DNA of 64,000 bases from NCBI RefSeq assembly GCF_006345805.1, contig NC_043008.1, positions 29,264,001-29,328,000 on the forward strand, given 5' to 3'. This document shows positions 26,690 through 39,774 of the stretch, piece by piece. The stretch comes from Octopus sinensis (lineage: Eukaryota). Under the pieces are notes generated by a model. The model was not told the DNA's origin. It saw nothing but the letters and a program-made list of their open reading frames with translations, and did not search any database. The translations under genes were made by a program, and so were the position numbers. Positions within the stretch are counted from its first letter, which is position 1, and the number at the start of each line of letters is the position of its first letter.

Positions 26690-28324
26690 CTAGCTAGATA
26701 GCTAGCTAGCTAGATAGATAGATATATAGACATACATTCATACATACATGCATATATATACATATATATACACACATATATGTATGCATATGCATGTATA
26801 AATATGTATATATACGTATGTATGTGTATGAGTATGTATGTATGTATGTATGTATGAATTTGATAGACAAGACCGTTGGAATTTGGTGAAGGGAGACTTT
26901 AACTTTTATCCTCTGGAGGGTAGAAAAACCATTATGCCCGTTCAAAGATATGGAGTTTTATAAATGTGAGAATTTTGAACAAAATGATTTGGAATGTGCT
27001 ATGGTTGACTTCTGAGCTTCGAATACATAGATCGCAGGCTTGATGTCTTGTGTGGGTGATTTTCGCTAAATTCACTTTGTTGCAAGCATTTAATTCAATT
27101 TTCTGGCTTGACAATATAAATTAGATTCTTGACCATGAGTCTTGCATATTCTGGACCGGCACAGTGTCATGAACACTGCCTTGCCTTCACTTAGGAAATG
27201 GTAAAATAGTATTTAGGACTACTTTATCTTTCTTAATTTTTATGGCGCTAGAATATAAATTGAGGAAAATTAGCTGGTTTTTCTAACCGATTCAAAAACC
27301 ACATTGGGGCAATAGTAGCCATTTATTTAGGTCTGTGTAGTGTAGCGTAATATTTGATTTCAGTAAATGTTTGTTCATGTTCCAAGTGGATTTAGCTTTA
27401 TCAAACAAGATTGAAAAATATTCTTATTTTGCCATCAATAATCCATATTAACTTGTAGAAATATTGATCTTTCGCGCGTAAGTCAACTTGTCTGGCACAC
27501 GCTGTGGGTAGCAATGTTGCCAAACTTTGTTTGATATGTCTGTGCTTTCTGGATAAGTTAACACGCTTCTGGTTAAAATCCCTCCAATTGTTGACGTTGT
27601 TTGTAGCTGTGTATATAAGATGATTATGGTGAAGATGGAGAGGATAATGAAGGAGATGCCATGGGTGAGGACTAAGATGGTGGTTATGACGATGATGATG
27701 GCATCGTTTGCTTTAATAGTGGTATAGGATGGAAAATACTAATGATAGTTACAGAGAATAAATAGTGTCGAAATACTTTGCTCGTTATTGGTGCATTTTC
27801 TAGAATTCAAAGTTATTATTCTTGTTAGCGTGTTTATAATTTACTGGTACACTCTATGTTCTCTTATTACCGCTGCAATTCTTGCTCTGCACTCTTGTCG
27901 ATCTGACAGTTATATAATGCGGGGATAATCGTCCAAGCATCGAAACGAGACTCATAGATCTATCTTCCACATTCACATTACTCTCCCATTAGCGGAAAAT
28001 TAAAATGCACAGCCCTATTATGGCTTTTGTTTTCATGGCGGTGGTGGTGGCAATATTGCAAGTAGTGTCCGTGTCTGAAGTGATTCAAGAATGATGTGTT
28101 TCTTTAAGTGGTATAATACTTTCTTTGAATTGCTGAATTGGAGTTTAATTTTGCAGCTGCTTCTGGTTCTCGATATTGTTGTTTTGTTACTGCTGCCACC
28201 ATTTGCTGTTTCTGTCGTCGTTATTGTTTTCTTACTACTATTAATGTGAGAATTGTTGTTTTGAAGACACCGCACTCAGCAGTCTTACTGCACTTTTAGG
28301 CACAAACGTTCATCCTTATTACTA

Positions 28325-28405
28325 TTGCTGTTGTTGTTTTTGTTGTTGATCATCATCATACATATCATCATCGTCATCGTCATCATCATGATCATCAGTA
28401 GCATT

Positions 28406-28457
<52 letters not shown>

Positions 28458-29030
28458 TTGCTGATTGTATTATTAGTGTTTATTATCAATTTGTAATGTT
28501 AGTACATATTATCAATTTCGTTACCGCAGCCATCATCTCCTTCCTTTAATATTAGTATTGTTATTGATTGTTGTTGATTCAATTTTTATAGTTATCGTTC
28601 ATTGCCTACTAGTAGCACCGTAACTGACTGAGCAACAGTTTCTCTTTCAGCGCAGTTCAAACCCTTCCCAATTTTTCTTCTATCTTTTCGACTTATTTCC
28701 GTCTTGATATCGTCCATTGTTACTGTTTTTGCCGGATCTTATTGCTTTATTCTTCGCATGATTATGAAAGAGATGATATTAAGGATAAAAAAAAATAACG
28801 ATGAGGATATGATGATGATGATGATGACGACGACGACCACGGTGACCACGACGATGACCACGACCACGACCACGATGACAACCGTGCTGATGATAGTGAT
28901 GATGACAAAGATGATGGTGACTACGGAAGAGATTGCTGTGCACGTAATGACGGTACTGATGAAGTTGATAATGATATTGAAGAAGATACAATGATAACGA
29001 ATAAAATGATGATGACGACGACGACGAGCA
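28325..29030. repeat. Mixed trinucleotide low-complexity tracts (CAT, AGC/AGT, GAT/GAC/CAC)
   Basis: Direct reading of the sequence. Confidence 0.85.
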
Positions 29031-30408
29031 AAATGAGGAGCGGATGTTTATGTATTGCATCACATAAATATGCACACTGCATATAAAAATATCGATTTAC
29101 TGCTGAAACGTCGGAAAACATGGAAGTAGAGCAGTAATAATTTAAAGGCCCACTATAGTGACGGAGCGGATATGAACAAATTTAAATGAGCGCTCAGCCA
29201 TTTATATAATCATCACCAACCAACATTTCCTTCCTTTTCTATATATCTACGCAAATTTTCTTACAATCTATTTTCATTTAGCAACTTACCCTCCAATTTG
29301 ATTCCCGCCAGCTTCAAATATATTTGACGATATTCGCCTGCACTTGTACGCACACATATACACGCACATGTGCATGGGTTTGTGAACGTGTGAGTATGCG
29401 TGTGTATGAGTGTATTATGTTTATGTACAGACAACTGCTTTTATACGCCTGTCAATGTAAATATATGTGCTATTTATCTACAATGAAAGAGTCCTCTATA
29501 CTAAATCTAGAGTGCATTTCTGAATTGAACTTCATTCTCGAATAAACTCAGGTTTCACAAATCAAAGATTTATAACCCATGACTGTTGACATTGCTTTGG
29601 CATCCTTTTATTTTGTAGTCATCATATTTCTTTACCTCTTTCATAAAGTATAACTTCACATGTTTTTTTTCTGTGCTATTATCCCTATCGCTAGTTTTTT
29701 TTTTTTTATAGCTTATCACTTTTTATTGCTGTTTCACTGTTGATTATGTGAATCATATGATCTATTGCTTAAAATGTGAGTTTTCATTCGAACGTGAATG
29801 GTTAAGTATATATCCTTGCATATTCTTTTGGAAATTCATTCCTCGTAGCAAACTATGTGTTAGATATACTCTTTTGCGATGGATCGTAATTTTATATCGG
29901 GCGTCTTTAAACATTTGTGTGGGGTAAATTCATTTGTTGTTCCTTAAGCATTGGTATATTAAAACTTACCTCTTCTCAGTGTTTTTTGTTTGGACTGATT
30001 TTAAGAAACGAATTTAATCTGGATCCTATTATTTTGTTATATCTCAATACTGTACACAGGCAGCATATCCTGAAACAATTTCAATAACTGGAAACACTCT
30101 TTTTTTTATTCGGTTTATGATTATATTTATGCTGTTCTTCAATTCCGGAATATACTGCGATAAAGACGCTGCTTTCTCACAATGGATTTTATGAAACAAG
30201 TATATTCGTTGTGTGTATCATTTGAAACTGTCGCTCTGCTACATTCGATTCTTTAGCCTACAATGCGCTTATCTCGTAGTTTCTTTATGTGTACAATTGT
30301 GTAGGTGTTCACGAGCTTTTCGATATGCTTTTCCTTAACTTTTTCCTTTTCTTTTGCTTAGCGCTAGAGAACTTTAACTTTATTTTATGCTTATTGAATA
30401 GCTTTTAC

Positions 30409-30499
<91 letters not shown>

Positions 30500-30715
30500 T
30501 TTATATTTGCTACCTCTTTGCCTACGATACGCTTTTCTTTCTGTGTGTAGCTTATGGCACGCATGTCTACAGTGGAGTGTAGGTATTTGACATCTACTTT
30601 TAGCGTATGGGTGCTGGCAATACAGAGCCCTTAATTATGATTATATTTTATATAAATATATGCGTAAATGTTTAGATATATATATATATATCTAAAAATT
30701 TACGCATATATATAT

Positions 30716-31668
30716 ATATAGGTAAACAGTAAAAATAATTACAGACATGGGCAAGAACATGAAACACCACAGAGACGACACAAGAACCACAGGACGGGAC
30801 ATTCGAAGCCCTCAGTCATCAGTCAAGAACCAGATCATCTTAGCAATTTCGGCTGATTAATCTTGAGATTGCTCCGATATGGCCAGCCCGCCAAGGGAAA
30901 TCTAAGCCAAGCGCATTAGATCCCCTGGAAGAAAGCTTCGAATGTATACAACACGAGGACGGAAAACGAACGAAGTACACGAACAAAAATACAGAATACG
31001 TGACACCAATAAGAATACAAAAACGTAAAAACAATAACGGTAAAAATAAAAAATAAACAACAAAACAAAACCAGGACGTAGGACAAGGGTCTTTCGACAG
31101 GACGAGTTGAGTATGGGGCTGGCTTGTGAAGTTGTGCCTAATGGCCGCAGGGAGACGAACAAATACGTGTTGCTTCTGCGACTGCTGGAACGAAAAAGAG
31201 CGCTCAACAGCGGCTAGCGGTCACGTGAGAACAAAAGACAGGAGAAAGGGACAGATGAAAAGAGAGAGAAGGTGGACGAGGGAGGAGAAGAAAGAGACAG
31301 ATCGAGGGGGCTGGAGGTGAGAGAGATAGAGAAACGTAGAAGGGGGGGGGGAAGACGGATGGAGAGGGAAAGAAAGGAAGGGGAATAAGGGAGGAGAGAG
31401 AGAGAAAGAGACAGATTAAGAGTCGTATCAATGCTAGAGAAAAAATATACTTATCGTATAAGGACAATTGTGGATACGTAGCCGCCGATTATATAGGTAA
31501 ACAGTAAAAATAATTACAGACATGGACAAGAACATGAAACACCACAGAGACGACACAAGAACCACAGGACGGGACATTCGAAGCCCTCAGTCATCAGTCA
31601 AGAACCAGATCATCTTAGCAATTTCGGCTGATTAATCTTGAGATTGCTCCGATATGGCCAGCCCGCCA
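30716..31668 (-). mobile_element. Non-coding element with 178-bp direct terminal repeats (Penelope pseudo-LTR / retrozyme / TRIM-like)
   Basis: 30716-30893 = 31491-31668 with one mismatch seen (GGGCAAG/GGACAAG); ~600-bp interior with a GA-rich tract (~31240-31430); CTGATGA and GCCGAAA words on the minus strand. Orientation is inferred. Confidence 0.75.
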
Positions 31669-34148
31669 TATATATATATATATACCTTCCAACACGATAG
31701 CATTCTATTCATATCCAAGAGGATATGACTTAATAGTTGAGTTCATAGCGTTTATTGAGCATGGATTGTGCTTCCATATTCATTATACCTCGAAAGACGG
31801 TTGGTGCCAAAATCAGGTGTCGCTTCCGAATATCGAGCACTGTACCCAGTAATGCATGCCGTAAATATATCAAGATGAACGATATAACTAATAATATATA
31901 TTAACGCTGACGTAAGCTTTGGTATATCTAACAATGTTAAAGTTAAAATACATATTTAAACGTACAAGTTTGTGCTTTCAAATTACCTTACGTATCATTT
32001 AACTGGGTTTTCTTTCTAACATTTACGTGTTTCAGTCATTCGTTATTAGCTGTATATGTGTGTGCGTGTGTGTGTGTATGTAGGAATGTATGTATGAACC
32101 AAGCTACGTATATATGAATGTGAAGCTAAGTATGTGTGTGTTTTAAATGTATATCTTTTACAAGGAATACAATTACAAAATATCATCTTTTGAATGTACA
32201 CTGATCTATAGTAACCGTCAAAGTTTTCCAAATTTAATGCAAATTTTCTTCAATGTGTAACGAGTGAGGTTGTCATGAATTGGCTTGTATACCAAACAAT
32301 CATCCCCCTTTTCTCTCCAAGAAACACTAATAAAATTTCATATATGCGAGTGTATGTATCTATATACATATGGTCACTTATGGTCTACGTGTGTGTATGT
32401 CTGTGTTTTATGTATGTACGAATGTATGCATATGTTTTAAAAACTACTGTAAGAGATGCCCATTATTCCAAACAAATGCATCACCGAATTATTGTATTTA
32501 TTTGTAAATTCGTCTGAATACATCGGAACATATTACTACATAATATTGATATTTTTGTCAATATATGACGAAAATATTAGTACAACTTTTATGCGTAATA
32601 ATTTCTCTTGTGACGTATTTGTACCTCATATATATCCAAGTAAATCCTCATGGCGCATAAACACACACATACGTATGTGTGATTGTACACATGTATGTGT
32701 GTGTGTGTGTGTGCATATGTGAATATGGATATATGATATCTCTATGCATCTGGAGTCAAGAATTTTCCTGTTCCCAACCTTACAATATAACCTTAGTTAA
32801 TGTACTGTAGTGGAACTGAAGATGCAATATACAATAAATATATCTAATATGGTTTTTTAGCAGTTTCCTTATCTCAGATGTATATATCACAGCAGAATTA
32901 CTTATGTAATATAAATGTGGATATACTATAGAGAGTTATTTATTCAGATAGCAGAATACCACTGACGAAGAATTCGTAATAAGACAGATAAAATGAAGAC
33001 AATACAGATGACGTGTTATTATCGGTGGGTCTGATTTATATTTCTTAAGTGTGATAGAAATATGAAAATAGTAAAATGTGTCGCTAACACGTCTTTCCTG
33101 TCACAAGAAATTGGCTCTCAGATAACCTGAAAGCACCAGAGCGTATTATAATAACTTAAATTTCCATCGTATAATTATGGGACTATTTTGTTTGATGTTA
33201 TTCGAAATAAGGAACTAATTGATAAATATAATATAGAATGATTATAAAAATATTCATTTCATTACACTTTGATGCCTTCATTAATACTCATATACACTTA
33301 TTTACTCTGACGTGCACACACACACTTTCTGATAATCACAAGGGCACACCTGCACACATGCAGACGCATAGTTTTATGCGCACGTATGAGTTTCAAAACC
33401 TCAGTTATATCTAGTGCCGTTAGCCTCAATTTAATTTATATACGTTCTACATGTTGTGGCACATTTATCAAAATAATAGAAAACAGTAAAAACATATTTG
33501 ACGAAGGACAAATAAATAATGCTAAAGGTGATGAGGTAAACATTTTGGAACACTATAGAAAACGGAAAGAAACTACGTTAACATGTGTTGATTTTACTTC
33601 TGTTATCGAAACTTTTTGAGTATAGTATTACAGTATATGTCTATCACATTAAGCTCTTTGTGCGCAAAGCAGTAGCTGCTAATGTTTAAATCATTGTATG
33701 ATGTAGGAATAAAATTGCCTTGTTTAAAATGATGCCTCTTATCATATGGAATATTTTAATAGGTTTTAACGTTAAAACAGTTATTTCTACACCTCATAAT
33801 TAATATTTAGTATTGAGTAATAATAGTTGGAGAATAAAAAAAAATAATAATGATCAGCTCGCTAATAAATAGCTATGTAGCTATACAAGAAAATTGAACA
33901 CATACCTGCAGTAAGATGTGTACATACACTCCCATAATCACAGTAGAGCTTCATACACACAACTGAAGGTGAAGTATTATTTACAGATGTAGCTTTATGT
34001 TAAAGTATGGCCAAGGGTCAGGAACAATATTTTTTTGTAGATACCCGAGTTAGAATAGAACTAAGATGGTGAGATAATGTATCAAGTTGCACTCGCAAGT
34101 GACAGGAAGGTCATTATAATAGGAATACTATGTCTGGCAAGAAAGAAA

Positions 34149-34466
34149 GCACATGGATCAGTGGTTAGAGCGTCTGGCACAGAATCCGGTTCCCGGACCG
34201 GGATGTGTGTTGTGCTCTGTCTTGATCAAGACACTCTGCTCCAGTTCACTCAGCTTTAGAAATGAGTTGCGACGTCACTGGTTCCAAACTGTATCAGCAT
34301 TTAATTTTCACTTGGATAACATCGGTGGCGTGGAAAGGGTAGGTTGGTATTCACGGGCGACTGCTGGCTTCCATAGCAATCTTGACGGACTTGTGCCTCG
34401 GAGGGTAACTTTCTAGGTCCAATCCCATGGTCATTGATGACCGAAGTGTGTCTTTAACCTTTACCC
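34149..34466 (+). mobile_element. tRNA-derived SINE (family C) with (ACCTTT)-type tail
   Basis: Head GGATCAGTGGTTAGAGCGTC (A-box-like); tail GTCTTTAACCTTTACC. Confidence 0.6.
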
Positions 34467-35509
34467 TAGTATGTCTGGTAAATATGATCGTATGACCGGG
34501 AGATGAATAGGGATGGGGATAAAAAATGCAGTGTCTAGTGAACAGGGTAAGGGTGTGTTCAACCGTGAACGTCACTTGGAGCAGAAGCTGGAATGTGTCA
34601 GGGAGTCATTAGCTGAAATACGTGAAGATTGGGTGCAGGAGAGATACACGATGATAAGGGCAAACTCTACTTAATGACAATGGTGGCAGCAGGGTAAATA
34701 ACCTCCTTGATTGTTAACACATACCCCTCTATATCACTTCTATCAATATTATCACATAGTTTTACAAGATAAACATTAATTCTTTAATTAATTTTTAAAC
34801 CTTAACCTAATAAATCCCCTAATATTTAATTCTAAATCTTACTCCTAAACAATCTAACATACATCTAATTTCTCAACTCACGACTACCTCACGACACAGC
34901 CATAACCCCATTGCTAAAAATAAATCTGCAGCCACTGACCTTATCCAGAATGGACACAAATATTTGCTACTAGATTTCCTCCCCAACCCCTATTGACTAG
35001 GAGAATATCACTGGCCTCATCTATTCTCTTTAAATTCCTTTCATTTTTCTTTATTTGTCTATTTTGTTTTTTAGGTAATCTACCTTTACCTCCTCCTCTT
35101 CTCTCTTCTTGTCTATTTTTTACACTATATTCTTAGACAATATATCTTTATATACCTTATTTCATCCTTAAAGCTAATCGTTGATTTCCTTTCTCTACGT
35201 CTCTTTCTATCTATTTTCTTTCCTTTCCTTTGCCACTGAATAGCAATCTCCGCTGTCATTCTGTTATTGAACGTTCATGTGTTCGTATCTCTGAATATTT
35301 ACACTATCAGGACTTTAACCTACACAGATTTGCGCAGAATTGCACCTAAGTACTTACGGACTTACTTCTGCACGATCGGAAAGTTGAACTGCGAACTTTG
35401 ATGCTTCTGTTTTTTTTCTTTTCGTCTCTTTCTTCATCTCCTTATTCTTTTACTCATGTTCTCTATGTCGTCATTTCATCAATCTATACCCTTTTCATTT
35501 CCCCTATTT

Positions 35510-35564
35510 GTCTCCGATGACGAGATATCCCATACACTGGGTATCCCAGAAACAACTGTAAGGC
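35510..35564 (+). ncRNA. Degenerate minimal hammerhead at the end of a CT-rich tract
   Basis: GTCT-CCGATGA-..GATATCC(catacact)GGGTATC..-GAAAC-AACT-GTA-AGGC: stem I 4 bp, stem II 7 bp, GUA triplet, U4->C in the core. Confidence 0.55.
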
Positions 35565-35757
35565 TATTTTTCCCCAATAATAATAATGTATATGACTTGA
35601 GATGTTTGTCTTGTCAATTATATATCCGCTATATCAGAAATGTGCAATGATTCCATTACTACTGAATTACTGAATTACTTCGAGCCCTAGTAATCCGTTA
35701 CAGCACTTACCTAGCGTACCTAGTCTTACAGATCACCTGTGAATTAATCCCATATTT

Positions 35758-35811
<54 letters not shown>

Positions 35812-36307
35812 GTGTGTGTGTGTGATATATACATAATATACATACACACACACACACACATATATATATATATTATATATATATATATATAATATATGAA
35901 GTGATTCAGATAAATATATGTTTCTTTATTATTAGCCACACAGGGCTGCACACAGATAGAACAAATTACAAGGTAGAGCTTTTCTTTTGAAGGTTTAAAA
36001 AAAAAAAAAAAGGAAGGGGGAGTTTCGATCAAAAGGGATCGTAAAAGGAGAGAAAGAGGACAAAAAAAGGGGGGTTAAAAAAAAAAAAAAAAAAGGGGAG
36101 AGGAAAACAAAATTGATCAATAGGGATCGTTATCACAGAAATGTCAATATGAAGTGTAAAGGGGAGGACAGGTGAGGTTTACCCGTGGAAAGAAAAGCCT
36201 ACGGAAAAGACCACGGTAACCTCGGTCAATGAAGTCACATTTTATATTCCTTTTTTTTTTTTTTTTTTTTTTGCAAATAAGCAACTCTCTGTTTTCGATT
36301 TCTGGGT

Positions 36308-39300
36308 TCATAGGACTATGCTCAAGGTGGCTTCGTCATTCATACGTGCCATTCTTGCTACATTCACCCATCTTTTTTTAAAACATTCGCTATTCAATTT
36401 TGCCTCTCTACTCTCACTTTCCTTTTCAAGTGGTACTTGAAGAAGTTGATGAGAGATTGACCAGAGAGGAAAGTGTTTGTCTCCAATCCTTTCAGACGCG
36501 TCCACCAGATACATTCTTTCGCCATAGCCACAAGGATGATGAAAATAGTTCTTCCTTCCCGTTTGAAGGAAGGAGGCGTGACAATATTGACGATAGACTC
36601 AGCTGATAAACCGACTCGTCCCACACGTGACAGCAGTTGTTCCACAAAGCCCACAGGTCGGAAATTGTTGGACACTGAACGAGTGCGTGCAGAACGGTTT
36701 CGTCGCGCTCTGACCGCATCTCGGGCAGGTCGGCCCCGTGTTTCTCGAGCCGTGTCTGTAGAGCTTATCCCGAACGGGTAGCGCTTCTCGGTAGCACTGC
36801 CAGGCCAGGGATCTCTGGAAGTTGTCCATGGGCCCTGGCCCGAAAGTCGTCCCGAACAGGCGGGTCAGGTACTCCTCGTCGACGTCCAGGTTCGCCCCGA
36901 GCTCGTCGTCGTACCTCCCCTCCACTAAACCCCTATAGAATGCTTTGGTTGTGTTGAAGTCACTTAAGGTCGACCCAGGACGGCAGAGTTGCTTGAGAGC
37001 AACGCGACACTCGCGGTGCCATTCGCCCTTCCTCGGCCTCTTTTTGATCCACGACTGCAGTTCGGTCATGGAGACGAGCTGCGGGAAAGCGTGCCTCACA
37101 AACGGCGACCACACCTGTTCACCGTCGTCTACATAGAGCCAGAGATGTCGCAGTCTCAGCGCGTGTCTGCGCATCATCAACCACGGCATGCCCAGCCCTC
37201 CTTTTAACGGGTGTTGACAGCAAATGGATCGCCTGACCATCGGGACGCATCCTTTCCACAAGAAGCGAAAGAGGATGCGTTGTAGTTTGGTGATGGTAGG
37301 GTCGGGACAAGGTACGACGGTCAGGCGGTAGTAGATGACGGACGCGATGTACGTGTTCGCCACCTCCGCTCGACCTTTTAGGGACAGTTTCCTCTCGGCC
37401 CATTGCCGGGCGAGAGTGACCACCCTACTCGTTATCTCGTTCCAGTTCTTCTCCACTTGGAGGTCCGGACCGAACCAGACCCCGAGCAACTCAACCGGGC
37501 CGTCGGTCCAGCGTCCCACGACGGAGGCGCTGGTGGACGGCATGGGCTTGCTTCTCCAGGTGCCTAGTCGCAAGCCCACTGACTTTTCCCGGTTGATTTT
37601 CGCTCCTGTCACCGCTTCGTAGTTTTTCAGTGTCTCGCCGACCAGCTCGATGTGCTCGTGGCTAGACACTATGACGGTGACGTCGTCCGCGTATGCAGAC
37701 ACGCTCGTCCCGCATCCCAATTCTCGCGGGATGCCCCTTAGAGTCGCCAGCTTCCGCAGTAGTGGCTCAAGAGTCAATACGTATAGAAGCGCCGAGAGGG
37801 GGCATCCCTGACGGACCGAACGTGCAATGTCGAAAGGTCTCGATAGATGTCCATTTACGCGAATTACCGAACGGATGCCTCTGTACAAGGCAGCTATCCA
37901 GCCGCGGGAGACGGGACCGAAACCAGCCGCTCTCAGGACTGCCTCCAAGTATCGATGGTCTACCCTATCAAAGGCTTTTGATTGATCCAAGTTGATCAGG
38001 GCCCCACCCATGCCAGGTTCGTTAACTACCCTGTCTATGATGTAGCGCATCAGATGGAGGTTGTCATGGATGGTCCGGCCTGGCACGGCGCATGTTTGCG
38101 CCTTGTCGACCAGTTTCTCGATGACAAGCGCCAACCTCTTGGCTAGCACCTTGGCCAAAATTTTCAAGTCTGCATTAAGCAGAGTGATGGCCTAAAGTTA
38201 TCTATTACATTTCCCTTGTTTAGATCTTTCTTCAGCAGTGTTACGGCTCCTCGGCTCACAAAACCAGGAATGCTCCCGTTTTGCTGCCAGTTGCAGTACA
38301 CCGCCGCCAAGAGATCTCCAAACAAGTCTGGCATACAATTGTAAAGCTCGTAGGGTAGACCATCCAAACCCGGTGATTTGTCCCTCGAGCATTCTGCCAT
38401 CGCTTCCCGCACTTCCGCCGCCGTGATGGCACCTTCGCAGCACCCTGCCTTTCTTGTCGAGAGTCGTGGTAGGCTATGTAGGTAGGCACTGAAGTCCACC
38501 CTTCGTTCTTTGCCCTCCACTCGTTCCGAACAGTCGGGCAAAATGCTGCTGAAAGGCCTCACACATTTTACTTGGCTCGAGCAATTCGCGCCCCTGTTCA
38601 TCTACCAGTGACCGAATGGTGGCTTTGTTGCCCTGTTGCGCCTCTGCCACCCGGGCCTCTCTCGCGGATCCAACACCTTCGTTCCTTAGAGCACGCATCC
38701 TAGCTCTGACAGCACATCCTTCGTGTTTGGCGTTGAAGTGTTGGTCGAGGGCCAACCTCGCCGCCAAAACGTCGGATGCGATGCCGCTTCTAATTGCCTC
38801 TTCTAGCTTCTTAACTAGCTCACCCTCTACTCTACTCTATTTCTATCTATGGCTAGTGCTTTGCTGTACCTAATCGCTTCTGCTTTTACTGCTCTCTTGA
38901 GGGCAAACCACCATTTGTTGTTGATGATGGCTCCCGTCAAAGCCCTCTTTACTAGTGTGCTAATCCGGTCTCTGAAAACTTGTCTCGATGGGAAGACGCG
39001 TTTAGTTTCCAGTATCCGGGACCCTGCCTAAGTGTCTTACCTAAGTCTAGCGTACATGTCACAAGTTTGTGATCCGTGTAGCTGACTATGTGGAATTGTG
39101 GACATCCTATGCTATCTCTATCTACTGTCCTACACAGTATCCTATCTAGATACGATCTCGACGACCCGATGCGGTTGCTCCATGTCCACGTTGGCGCATT
39201 CGGGTGGTCTAGTCGAAACCTGTCAGACAGTTGAAAGCGTCTGAGCAGGTCTCTGAGGCATTTGCATCCCCGTCTATTCCTATCTCTACCCACGTAGTCT

Positions 39301-39747
39301 ACATGCGTGTCCAAGGTAGCATTCCAATCCCCCACTAAGAGTAAAGGACGAGACGTTCCCAAGAAAACTTCTAGACGTTGAAAGAAATCCGCCCGACCTG
39401 TTAAGGGCGGTGCGTAAACTGATACGAGCCGAAAAGCGCACCCATTGCTGCCGTCGACATCCAGGACGACCAGTCTACCCTCGGGTCTACGAATATTGTC
39501 CTTACATTGAGATCCAGACTCTTGTGAAAAAGTACCGCGGTGCCACTACCGCCCATTCTCGGCAGACAGGGGGAAAAATAAATTTGAACTGTCCGCCAAA
39601 CATGGTCTTTAGGGCCCGCGGATTGTGGAGTCTGGTCTCGCTTATGGCTATGATTTCTAACTTATGTGACTTTATGTCATTTAAGAGGTACCCTTGTTTC
39701 CAAGGGGACCCCAAGCCACGCGCATTTACACAACCAATCTTGATCAT
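36308..39747 (-). pseudogene. Tx1-type ORF2 (APE endonuclease, reverse transcriptase, C-terminal zinc finger), frameshifted
   Basis: MIKIGCVNARGL..ISET, LLVGDWNA, SYLDRI, YTDHKLV, KSPGLDGLP, LDQSKAFDRV, VRQGCPLS, AYADD (37682-37693), CPRCGQS.ETVLHALVQC. At least seven small indels, but one 522-aa stop-free stretch. Confidence 0.93.
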
Positions 39748-39774
39748 AGTTCTAATGAATTAGAATACAGAGGG

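Noticed and set aside
28704-29075. Poly-M/T/D/H ORFs resembling mucin or His-rich proteins
   Set aside because: Trinucleotide repeats open on both strands, with no splice or start context.
30790-30860. Type II hammerhead fold in the direct repeat (GAAA..ATC..CTGATGA on the minus strand)
   Set aside because: Stems I and II do not pair convincingly; kept only as hammerhead-like words.
33386-33619. 77-aa plus-strand ORF with GAG|GTAAAC
   Set aside because: Weak acceptors and no partner exons on the plus strand.
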